NCBI GenBank assembly: GCA_963807635.1
Contig: CAWEDJ010000080.1
Location: 1-17,331, forward strand
Source: an uncultured cyanobacterium
GTDB lineage: Bacteria > Cyanobacteriota > Cyanobacteriia > Cyanobacteriales > Microcystaceae
Length of the DNA stretch: 17,331 nt
Direction: 5' to 3'
Shown here in pieces: positions 1-8,329 of the stretch (positions are counted from its first letter, which is position 1; every line of letters begins with the position of its first letter). The translations under genes were made by a program, and so were the position numbers. The notes under the pieces are model-generated. The model made no database searches and was not told the origin of the DNA. It was given only the letters and a program-made list of their open reading frames with translations.

Positions 1-271
1 TAATTACAATTGTAAATATTAGTTAGGTCTGAACGTATGAAGACTATCGTAAATTGACAATCATCTCTGATATCAACGAACAAATTAACCTAATTGAAAA
101 AATTGAGAAAAATTGAATAATGGTGGATAAAAAAATTTTAGAAAAGAAAAAAGAATCTAACAGGAGAAATTCATCATTATTGTTTAATCTGTTGGATTCT
201 ATTTCTTAACCCAAGCTATTATCTCGGATAAAAATTTAAGGACTTTGTTGATTTTTTTAAATTCAGACAAA

Positions 272-1504
272 ATGATAATGATTAAAAAAGTAGCGATCGC
301 CCTTTTACTGACACTTGGATTGGTTAGCTTAATAATTCCTGTTAATACTATTTTTGATAACAATATAAAAAATAGTGATACAAATGCCGTTTTTGCTAGT
401 CTAGCACTTGGAGTTTCTTCCTTTAGTATTGCTGGTTATTTACTTTGGGCCGATAAACGTAAGCGAGAGCAGGAAAAATTAAATTCTCTCCGAAAGCTTT
501 TTTTTGAAGTTATCGAATCAAGTGCTGGCAAAATCAATTCTTTACAATTTGCAAAAAAAGTGACTCTTTCAGGAAAAGCTAATTTATCGGGAAACGAAGC
601 AACATTATTTCTTGATAAAATGGTTAAGGAGTTTGGAGGTAATCGTGATGTTAGTCAAAAAGGAACTATTTATTATGATTTTGATTTACAAGCACTTCCC
701 TGTGAAATAGTAAATTCCGAGATAGTTCCCGATTCTAATTCTCATCTACCTATTAATCATAAGACGGATATAGGTTCACCAACGTCATTAACTGAACAAA
801 ATACTAATAATGGGCAACGCACTCGCAAGAGAGAGAAGCCACCTATTTCTGAGCCACCTTCAAGTCTACCGCCTAGAATATTTAATCCTTTAGATCTTCA
901 GTTGTTAGAATCCCTTGAAGATTATTTATCTAGAGCAGAATGGCAAAAAGCTGATGAAGTCACTGCTAAATTAATGTTAAAAGTTGCTAATCAATCAATT
1001 TGCTTAACGCCCGATGATATTACGCAATTTCCTTATGAAGCTTTGAGTAAAATTGACGAGCTTTGGCAAATTTATAGTAATAATCACTTTGGGTTTCTTG
1101 CCCAAGCTGAAGTCTTTAATGATTGTTTTTTATTAACAAATTCTAATCTTATTTTAGATTCAAAAAACTGGCAAAAATATGGTCAGGCTTTAGGATGGTA
1201 TCTCAATGCTCAATGGCCAAATCATCATAATAATCTGAAATTTTCACTAACTACTTCTCCTAAAGGATATTTACCCTTTCTTCCTGTTTGGCAAGGAACT
1301 TGGTGGGGAAATTTTATTGATGGACAAGGAGAAAGATTTCATTTGTTAATTAAAAGAGTGAAACAATGCCGATTATCTACTCATGTTTCTGCAACGCCTT
1401 CTCATGAGTTGAAGGATCAAACTACGTTAGTAGATATTGGAAGAGAGATAGAAGGAGTGGGAAAAGAACTTAAAGATTTCTTTCAAAGAGGAATTGGTCA
1501 GTAA
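272..1504 (+). CDS. Membrane protein with C-terminal GUN4-like domain
   Basis: Two N-terminal hydrophobic segments, a Pro-rich linker, then the GUN4 pattern LEDYLSRAEWQKADEVT...FPYEALSKIDELWQIYSNNHFGFLAQ...PKGYLP. ATG at 272 or 278 is preferred over TTG at 245. Probably not the stand-alone gun4. Confidence 0.8.
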   Translation: MIMIKKVAIALLLTLGLVSLIIPVNTIFDNNIKNSDTNAVFASLALGVSSFSIAGYLLWADKRKREQEKLNSLRKLFFEVIESSAGKINSLQFAKKVTLSGKANLSGNEATLFLDKMVKEFGGNRDVSQKGTIYYDFDLQALPCEIVNSEIVPDSNSHLPINHKTDIGSPTSLTEQNTNNGQRTRKREKPPISEPPSSLPPRIFNPLDLQLLESLEDYLSRAEWQKADEVTAKLMLKVANQSICLTPDDITQFPYEALSKIDELWQIYSNNHFGFLAQAEVFNDCFLLTNSNLILDSKNWQKYGQALGWYLNAQWPNHHNNLKFSLTTSPKGYLPFLPVWQGTWWGNFIDGQGERFHLLIKRVKQCRLSTHVSATPSHELKDQTTLVDIGREIEGVGKELKDFFQRGIGQ

Positions 1505-1672
1505 TCGCTTCTTTTTCAGATTGATTTAATGCAAGAATATCTAACATCCGAGAAAGATAGAATGAAAAAACATCCAATAATATCGCTTACCACACAAAAT
1601 GAAAATTTATTAAGGCGATCGCGCTCCCATAAAAATAAAACGGCGATCGCCAACTAGAAAAACTGAATCAAT

Positions 1673-1921
1673 CTAAGTCGGAATCGCTTCACCAGGGCGC
1701 AACCTTGCCCATTTGCCGTTCTCTTGTAAAAAACTCTCACAACCTACCACATCCCATTCCATTTCGATATAATCGTTTTGGGGACGGATATTGACATTGA
1801 TACTAGGTTCAGTGGGATCAAAGTCAGGAAATTCGGTTAAATGGAGTTGTTGATGCTGATGTTCGACCGCATGATAGGTAAAGCAGCGATCGACGTAGTG
1901 GCAATTTACACAAATACACAT
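1673..1921 (-). CDS. ycf34: Ycf34 family Fe-S protein
   Basis: MCICVNCHYVDRCxTYHAVE...EWDVVGCESF...W..LRP signature; 82 aa. Confidence 0.93.
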   Translation of the reverse strand: MCICVNCHYVDRCFTYHAVEHQHQQLHLTEFPDFDPTEPSINVNIRPQNDYIEMEWDVVGCESFLQENGKWARLRPGEAIPT

Positions 1922-2021
1922 GGCACTCAGCGTTTAAAAGTATTAAGCATCCCTTTTTTTAACTTTAACCCAGACCTTCAAATCTTGGGACTGTCCCCGA
2001 TTGAATTTTTATTAATCATCT

Positions 2022-3288
2022 ATGTTGTCTTTGTTTACCCAATTATCTAGTCTGCGTAGTCAATTACCCTTTGATTTAGCCTTACTTCCCCCTGGAGCTT
2101 GTCTCGTTGGTGGAGCAGTACGAGATGCTTTATTAGGGCGAAAACGGGAGTATTTAGATTGGGATTTTGTGTTACCAGAAGCCGCTATTGAAACAGCACG
2201 GGCGATCAGGCCAATATCAAGCGGGATTTGTCATTTTAGATAAAGCGCGTCACATTGCAAGAGTCGTTTTTCCCCAAGCGACAGTGGATTTTGCCCGACA
2301 AGAAGGGGATTGTCTAGAAACAGATTTACATCGAAGGGATTTTACGATTAATGCGATCGCCTACGATTTGCATCAAGAGACCCTCATTGATCCCCTCAAC
2401 GGAGTCAAAGATCTCGAAAAAGGACTCTTAAAAATGATTGCGGCAGAAAATTTAGCCGACGATCCCCTACGGCTGTTGAGAGCTTATCGTCAAGCGGCTC
2501 AGTTACGCTTCAACATTGATGCCCCGACTCGATTAACCATTGGTGAATTATCCCCTCTATTGGGACAGGTCGCCGCAGAACGAGTACAGTCCGAGTTAAG
2601 TTATTTATTAGCGAATCCCCAAGGAAATGACTGGTTACTCGCCGCATGGCAAGATGGATTACTCAAACCCCTGGTTTAAACAAACAACTTTAGCCAAAAT
2701 TCAACAAGCCCATCAAGTAGATAAAGCGATCGCCGACTTGAAAACAACTTTAAGCTCCGAAAAATACGATCATTTTTGCCAAGTATTAGATAAAAAAGGT
2801 GTACAAACTGCTAAACTAGCAAACCTGGTCTCTTCTGTATTAGAAATTGCCGAATTAGAACTAGAAAATCTCAAATATTCTCGTCAGGAATCCCGTGCGG
2901 TAATTGCCATTCTGAAATCTTTAACCCTATTGGCCCAACCTGATTTGCTCTTAAATTTGCGATCGCAATATTTTCTCTTTCTGGAAGTCGGAAAATATTT
3001 TCCGATTCTAGTTTTGTTTGCCCTAGCGAATCAATTTGACCCCAGTAAAATTGACTTCCTATTAAATCGGTATCTCGATCCCCGCGATCAGGTTGCCATC
3101 CTCAACCTTTAATCAAAGGAAACAATCTCATTCAAACTTTACAGATTAAACCTAGTCCACTTATTGGTAAATTATTAACTGAAATCCAAATTGCCCAAAT
3201 TGAAAATAAAATTAACACACCAGAAGAAGCCCTTCTTTTTGCTGATTTTCTAGTCAAATCCGAGCAACTTGTTAATAGTTTGAGATAA
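2022..3288 (+). CDS. tRNA nucleotidyltransferase/poly(A) polymerase family, probably the cyanobacterial CC-adding enzyme; three apparent frameshifts
   Basis: LVGGAVRDALL..DWDF, DLHRRDFTINAIA and DDPLRLLRAYR motifs are spread over ORFs 2022, 2167 and 2627. The C-terminus HPQPLIKGNNLIQTLQIKPSPLIGKLLTEIQIAQIE ends at TAA 3286-3288. Frame breaks at ~2210, ~2670 and ~3096. About 420 aa with no DHH/CBS domains fits the CC-adding rather than the A-adding type. Confidence 0.85.
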
Positions 3289-3458
3289 ACAATTACTTAT
3301 AAGTACGAAAGCAGAATGAAAAGCATAGCGAACCCATCTGATATCCGCAGGTTATGCCTCACAATATAGCGGTATTCACATGAGTGAGGGGTAATCGAAT
3401 CATTGTCTATCTTCACGAAAAGGGGAATCACAGTAACAACAATGAGTAAACCAATTAC

Positions 3459-3988
3459 TGTACGTTCGCTGATTTGCGAGTGGTGTCAGGGATTTAAGTC
3501 TTGTGCGGTCTGAGATGTAGCTGATAGAGAGACTCTGGTATTTTCATGAGTGAAAGGATCTGTAGCTGAAGAGGTGAAAGTGGTGTAACGAAAATACGGT
3601 CATTGGGCAGAAAATAAAGACTGAGGTGAGAAAAAGCCTTGAGAAGTTGCTCTGTTGAAGGACGGGCAGTGGCTCGTTTGGGATTACCATCATAGAGACC
3701 AGCCAAAGATTGTTGAGTGTTGTGTAGTGCCTGTCGGACAACAAACTCAATTAAGGTAAACACCCGCAAAGCAATGGTCAGCAAGAACATCAAGCCAGCA
3801 ATGCGGTCTTGGTTCTGGAAATAGAGGGGCAGAGCGGGCAAGCGACCGCGCTTAAAGCGGTGAAACCCTCGTTCCAAGAGCCATTCATCCCGATAGTAGG
3901 TGATTGCTTGTGGTAGAGTGAGCTGGGTTGAAGGTGCATTAGTAACAAACAATCGCCACCCTGCCAATTGTTTGGCTTGTTCAATCAA
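3459..3988 (-). mobile_element. IS1634-family element, 3' remnant (C-terminal transposase fragment plus right end)
   Basis: AGWRLFVTN...YRDEWLLERGFHRFK..LPLYFQNQDRIAGLMFLLTIALRVFTLIEFVVR..LYDGNPKRATARPSTEQLLKAF; stop at 3494-3496. Transposase-like sequence stops near 3988. End coordinates are approximate. Confidence 0.8.
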
Positions 3989-3992
3989 TACC

Positions 3993-4411
3993 TTAGCCAA
4001 AAAAAGCGGATGAAGAGAGAGGTTGTGGTGCGGGTTGAATATATGTAGATGTAGGCTTAAAGGTATATCCCAATATTATCTGATATGTTTTTGCATCAGC
4101 AATTGCAAGAAATTTTGTCCGTTAGTTAGTTCACAAGAAAAGCATATCTCTGTTTTATTTCCGCCAGCCATTACACCACCAGCTAGTCCTGCTAATGCTC
4201 CGAGTGGGCCTGCTAACCCTCCAACAATAGCTCCAGTAAAACCCCATCCAGCACTTCCTGAAAGTTTTTTGAGTTTTTCTTCTGTTTGTAACTCAACAGT
4301 TTTAACACTTATAGGCAAAGTAATAGTAACACCGCCGTTTATCATAATTCCATTAAGAAATAGCCATTTACCCGATGGAATATCACCGCCTAGTACCTTA
4401 ATGTTTGCCAT
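3993..4411 (-). CDS. Glycine-zipper hypothetical membrane protein; apparent frameshift at ~4113
   Basis: GWGFTGAIVGGLAGPLGALAGLAGGVMAGG. Adding one A in the run at ~4113 gives GQKFLAIADAKTYQIILG... to a stop at 3993-3995, a more natural continuation than the annotated stop at 4076. Confidence 0.6.
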
Positions 4412-4474
4412 AATTAAAACAGTTATGAATTAATGATTACAGCTTCTTTAAAAACCCCCATTCAAGCCATAAAC

Positions 4475-5464
4475 CTATTGAACAGACAGCTTAGTTTTTT
4501 CAGCTTTCGCTTGAAGAGCCTCAATCAATTGGGGTTTAGACATAGTACGGGAACCCTTGATCTTTGCCTGAGTTGCCATTGGCCTAAGCTGTCGGGTCGT
4601 TAAAGATTCTAAATCAGTATAGCAACTAAAACCCCCTTTTTCATCCTTATCACCTGAAACTTTAAGATCACCTGTTTCCGTTACATCCAATAAATTCCCC
4701 TGAATAGCACTTATCTTCGATTCAGCTTCCTTGCCCGCGACCTGGGATTCATTCTGCTCATCATCAATAGCGATCGCCATTTCCCCCGTTGACCTAGCAT
4801 CAACTTCAGGAAAATAATCAATGGGAGCCGCGTCATCCTCCGAGATAGAAACCCCCTTAAGCATTTCCTGACCAGTCAAAAACTGATCCTTAAACTCCTC
4901 CAACAAAGCCAAAAAACGCCCGTCTCCATCAGGATCTAGGACAATCTTCAAATCCTCGATTTTCATCTTTAACTCTTGAAACTCAGACCGCAACGCCTTC
5001 AAACGGTTCAACTCCTCCTTTAAAGGAGCGATCGCGGCATTCATCCCATCAATCGTTGGGGCCGTATCGGCAACAAAACTTTTAAATTCTCCTAATTCGT
5101 TTTGGAATTTAGTTTCGAGTTCTGTTTTGAGTTCTTCAATCGCCTCAAAAGTTGGGGCCGTGTCATGAAACCATAATTTCACCTGTCCTAATTCGGTTTG
5201 AAATTGAGTTTGGAGTTGGGCGATCGCCTGAGAAACATCATCTTGAGTAACCAGATTTTCAGGTAAGGAAACATGACTCCCTTTTTCGGGAATATCCCCG
5301 CCGCTAATCACAGTATCAATAAAACCGATCAAAGCCTGAGAAACACTGGTTCCCTTAGCCGCGCATACATCCTGAAAAGCCGTTAACTTCCCGTGACTAA
5401 TGCGAAAAGTCGCAACCCGTTCATCAGTGTCCTGATAATCTTTTTTCTCTATTGGCCTTGCCAT
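4475..5464 (-). CDS. Putative DNA-binding protein: N-terminal RHH-like domain, coiled-coil repeats, C-terminal Rho_N (HeH)-like domain
   Basis: RVATFRISHGKLTAFQDVCAAKGTSVSQALIGFID has a beta-alpha-alpha RHH pattern; heptad-rich middle; DLESLTTRQLRPMATQAKIKGSRTMSKPQLIEAL fits the Rho N-terminal pattern. Confidence 0.7.
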   Translation of the reverse strand: MARPIEKKDYQDTDERVATFRISHGKLTAFQDVCAAKGTSVSQALIGFIDTVISGGDIPEKGSHVSLPENLVTQDDVSQAIAQLQTQFQTELGQVKLWFHDTAPTFEAIEELKTELETKFQNELGEFKSFVADTAPTIDGMNAAIAPLKEELNRLKALRSEFQELKMKIEDLKIVLDPDGDGRFLALLEEFKDQFLTGQEMLKGVSISEDDAAPIDYFPEVDARSTGEMAIAIDDEQNESQVAGKEAESKISAIQGNLLDVTETGDLKVSGDKDEKGGFSCYTDLESLTTRQLRPMATQAKIKGSRTMSKPQLIEALQAKAEKTKLSVQ

Positions 5465-5503
5465 TATAGATACCTTTATATAACTACCTCTATAATATAG
5501 CGC

Positions 5504-5619
5504 ATTATAGACAGAATTATATACAAGAATTATAACGTATTTACAGCAAGGATTATAAGCAGATTATATACATTGATTATAGACAGAATAATATAACGCT
5601 GTATATAATGATTATATAC
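5504..5619 (+). promoter_or_regulatory. TTATA-array promoter/operator, copy 1
   Basis: About ten TTATA-like cores 10-14 bp apart; TAGACA 5580-5585, 18-bp spacer, TATAAT 5604-5609. Confidence 0.75.
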
Positions 5620-5687
5620 TAAAAGAGAGAGCAAGCCGCTAAACTTCACTCTCTCTTAGGTGAAAACCTTCTTTGGAATTTCTACCT

Positions 5688-5927
5688 ATGAATACTTTAA
5701 CCCGTCCGAATGCGATCGCGCATCGTTTCTTAAACTTAATCACCATTCAATCCAAGGCCGTTGACTTCGAGAATGTGCCACTGGAAACGATTGAGATTCA
5801 AGTGGCTTCCGATGAACCCCTGACCCTACAGCAACGCCGTCACGCCTACTGGGAAAAGCGTTGGACTCATTTTGTGGTTTCTCATACCATGACCGACTTA
5901 ACCGTTGAATCTGCCAACCATTTTTAA
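5688..5927 (+). CDS. Hypothetical protein (79 aa)
   Basis: ATG at 5688 in the 5673 ORF frame, downstream of promoter copy 1; no recognised motif. Confidence 0.55.
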   Translation: MNTLTRPNAIAHRFLNLITIQSKAVDFENVPLETIEIQVASDEPLTLQQRRHAYWEKRWTHFVVSHTMTDLTVESANHF

Positions 5928-5990
5928 ATTAATCAGGAGAATTAACTTTCCCCTCAGACCACTACAGAAAACACCCAGGAGATAAGAAAA

Positions 5991-6425
5991 ATGAAGCTTT
6001 TAACCGCTACTCTCACAAAACCAGCCCGTCAAGTCACAACAAAATATGGAAACCGTACCGTAGCCGATTGCATTGACGAAAACGGGAATGCCCAAACCAT
6101 CTGGAGATCTGAGAATGATCCCACACTCACTGGTTTAGCGGTAAATTCTCGCTTAACTTTAATCGTTGACGACAAAGGAAAAATCAATTTAGTTGAGAAC
6201 ATTCCCCAGGCGATCGCAACCCCTAAAACAGACGATCAACCCACCTATCAGGGTATGAATAACGAAACAAAAAAACAGGTTGCGTCTTATGTCACAGAAA
6301 TGGCGAATCTATTCAATTTCTGTCTCAAACAAATCGATATTTCGGTGGAGAATATTACCCCAGAAGATCGGCGGGCGATCGCGACAACGATGTTTATTAG
6401 TTGCCAGAAAAAATACGGCCTCTAG
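5991..6425 (+). CDS. Hypothetical protein, possible OB-fold-like N-terminus and helical C-terminus
   Basis: AGGAG RBS upstream; beta-rich RQVTTKYGNRTVADC...QTIWR...LTLIVD; helical tail ending EDRRAIATTMFIS. The fold is inferred. Confidence 0.65.
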   Translation: MKLLTATLTKPARQVTTKYGNRTVADCIDENGNAQTIWRSENDPTLTGLAVNSRLTLIVDDKGKINLVENIPQAIATPKTDDQPTYQGMNNETKKQVASYVTEMANLFNFCLKQIDISVENITPEDRRAIATTMFISCQKKYGL

Positions 6426-6452
6426 AAAATATTGGGGGATAACTTCCCCCTG

Positions 6453-6568
6453 ATTATAGACGGCATTATATACAAGAGTTATAACGCAATTATAGTAAAA
6501 GTCATAAGCAAGTTATATACATTGATTATAGACAAGATGATATAACTATGTATATAATGGTTATATAC
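6453..6568 (+). promoter_or_regulatory. TTATA-array promoter/operator, copy 2
   Basis: Gapless match to 5504-5619 at offset 949 (97/116 by hand); TAGACA 6529-6534, 18-bp spacer, TATAAT 6553-6558. Confidence 0.75.
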
Positions 6569-6631
6569 CAGTCAAGGGAATCACTTCACACCCTAACCGA
6601 CTAAACCGAACCCTACAGAGAGAGAAAAACC

Positions 6632-6934
6632 ATGTTTCAAGAGACCTTAGTTTTAACCCTTGTCTATATTTTGATTGTTGCGATCGCATTTTCCCCTAAA
6701 ACTTGCAAAGTTGAACCCGTTGAAAAAATTGAATATTTTCCTGAAATTGAAGCCGTTGAACCCGCTCCTATCTCCCTTCCCCAGGCGATCGCCTCTAATC
6801 CTTCTGTTACTGATTTAGCAAGCATGACTATTCGACAACTAAAGACTCTGGCTAGTCAGGTGAAATTACCTCGATATAGTTCATTGACTAAATCGCAATT
6901 GATCGTCAAATTAAGCCAATGGGAACCTGTTTAA
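6632..6934 (+). CDS. Small protein with N-terminal TM/signal anchor and C-terminal Rho_N (HeH)-like domain
   Basis: Hydrophobic LVLTLVYILIVAIAF; C-terminal DLASMTIRQLKTLASQVKLPRYSSLTKSQLIVKL. Confidence 0.75.
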   Translation: MFQETLVLTLVYILIVAIAFSPKTCKVEPVEKIEYFPEIEAVEPAPISLPQAIASNPSVTDLASMTIRQLKTLASQVKLPRYSSLTKSQLIVKLSQWEPV

Positions 6935-7494
6935 GAGATATAAAATCTTATAGCGGCAACAGTTTTAATTAAACCTAAATTTTCATAGGTCGTCAGTAAC
7001 TCATCAATCGTGTAAGGGGGATTTTTTAATCTTGTCTGTATTTCTTGAATAGCCTTATAAACCAATGGAGAAGCCAAATCTATTAAATGATTAATAAATT
7101 CGTCAGGATGTTGAGCTTCGATACCATATATTTCTAGGGATTCTGGCGGAAAATCTGATAAATTAAAGGTAATAATTACATCAGCCCTGGCACAAATCGC
7201 CGCCGCCAAAACATGACGATCATTCTGATCAGATAAGGTCAATGATGGAATAAGAGATTGATAATTCTCTACTAGAGAATCTTGGATATGAAGATTCATT
7301 TTATCTCTAGTAATTTGCAGACGCTCTAGAGTCAAATCAGGTCTATTTTTTAATAAATTCCGAATCCATTCATCATGAATTTCATTTGTCCATTTAGCCC
7401 GAAAAAGATCCGTTAAAGCCAACTCCATTAATAAATCGCGTAACGGCGCGGGATACAAAACACAGGCATCAAATAAAGCCGTAAACTGACTCAA
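6931..7494 (-). CDS. PIN domain protein (VapC-like toxin)
   Basis: ALFDACVLYP...EIHDEW...DQNDRHVLAAAI..ADVIITFNLSDFP...HPDEF with the acidic PIN residues. Confidence 0.92.
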   Translation of the reverse strand: MSQFTALFDACVLYPAPLRDLLMELALTDLFRAKWTNEIHDEWIRNLLKNRPDLTLERLQITRDKMNLHIQDSLVENYQSLIPSLTLSDQNDRHVLAAAICARADVIITFNLSDFPPESLEIYGIEAQHPDEFINHLIDLASPLVYKAIQEIQTRLKNPPYTIDELLTTYENLGLIKTVAAIRFYIS

Positions 7495-7495
7495 A

Positions 7496-7981
7496 TTAAT
7501 AACCCATATTTAATTCTTGGGCTTCACTCACTAAATCCGCTAAAACATCGCGGCGTTTGTTGTCAATATCCCGTTTATAGACCATTAAATCTTCAAATCG
7601 AATACGACGATGGGTTCCTACCTTTCGATAGGGAATTTGACCATCTTCAATCAATTTGATTAAAAACGGACGGGAAACATTCAAAATATCAGCCGCTTGC
7701 TGGGTTGTTAATTCTGCATTGACAGGGATTAAAGTTACGGCATTACCCCGCGCCATTTGGCCTAGAATATCCGCCAACAACCGAAACGCTGACACAGGAA
7801 TTGTCATCACCTCTTCAGGTTCATTGTCCGCCTGTAAACGTAATCTCAAATGAGAAGAATCATTATTAAGGGGGTGTTTCCCCAAAAAATGACACAGTTG
7901 AAGACCAGACTCACGGGCCAACTCTGCATCAGCCGCCGTTGGGATGACAGTTTCTTGAAAATCAGCAATCGCGATCGCCAT
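7496..7981 (-). CDS. Excisionase-family HTH protein, probable antitoxin partner of the PIN protein
   Basis: ELTTQQAADILNVSRPFLIKLIEDGQIPYRKVGTHRRIRFEDL; ends 1 nt before the PIN start codon. Confidence 0.9.
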   Translation of the reverse strand: MAIAIADFQETVIPTAADAELARESGLQLCHFLGKHPLNNDSSHLRLRLQADNEPEEVMTIPVSAFRLLADILGQMARGNAVTLIPVNAELTTQQAADILNVSRPFLIKLIEDGQIPYRKVGTHRRIRFEDLMVYKRDIDNKRRDVLADLVSEAQELNMGY

Positions 7982-8073
7982 AGATACCTACCTTGGGGTT
8001 ACTAAATTTATAGTTTATCGCTGTAAACGAAATAAACGCAACAGAGATAATAATCTTAATGATTGGAAACTCA

Positions 8074-8097
8074 GCCGTCTAAACGTTTAAGCGTCTA
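8074..8097. repeat. 8-bp tandem repeats downstream of the par operon (centromere-like)
   Basis: GCCGTCTA-AACGTTTA-AGCGTCTA. Confidence 0.6.
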
Positions 8098-8329
8098 ATT
8101 GCTTAAAGTAATCGTTCATCACCTGTTCCACTAAATCCGACATATCCTCTGTTGTCGCTAAAGAATGCGATCGCAGTTTAAAGTGAAGCTCTTTGGTAAG
8201 ATACAGCGTCACCTTTTTATAATTCGAGTCTTTACTTTTGCCAACTTTGCCCTGATCAATGGGTTTAGTTTCCACTGGTTCACTCTTTAAAGCTTCAAAC
8301 CCCGCAAACCGATTTTTTTCCTTAGCCAT
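8087..8329 (-). CDS. RHH partition protein (ParG/CopG-like)
   Basis: Flexible N-terminus, then YKKVTLYLTKELHFKLRSHSLATTEDMSDLVEQVMNDYF. The ATG at 8329 overlaps the corrected parA end. Confidence 0.75.
   Translation of the reverse strand: MAKEKNRFAGFEALKSEPVETKPIDQGKVGKSKDSNYKKVTLYLTKELHFKLRSHSLATTEDMSDLVEQVMNDYFKQLDA

Noticed and set aside
1..200. Possible 3' gene end at 117 and inverted repeat 152-163/189-200
   Set aside because: The frame is closed upstream within the window and the hairpin loop is 25 nt; insufficient support.
1613..1651. Paired HIP1 sites forming a hairpin between convergent genes
   Set aside because: Any two HIP1 palindromes can pair; expected at this HIP1 density.
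3365..3463. TATAGCGGTATTCACATGAGTGAGG, resembling one arm of cyanobacterial MITE-like repeats
   Set aside because: No matching inverted arm in the window; needs a genome-wide search.
5504..5619. TTATA array as a CRISPR or mini-array
   Set aside because: The period is about 12 bp with no unique 25-45 bp spacers, and no cas genes are in the window.
7496..7981. Excisionase as evidence of a prophage
   Set aside because: No integrase or phage genes; this HTH family commonly pairs with PIN proteins.
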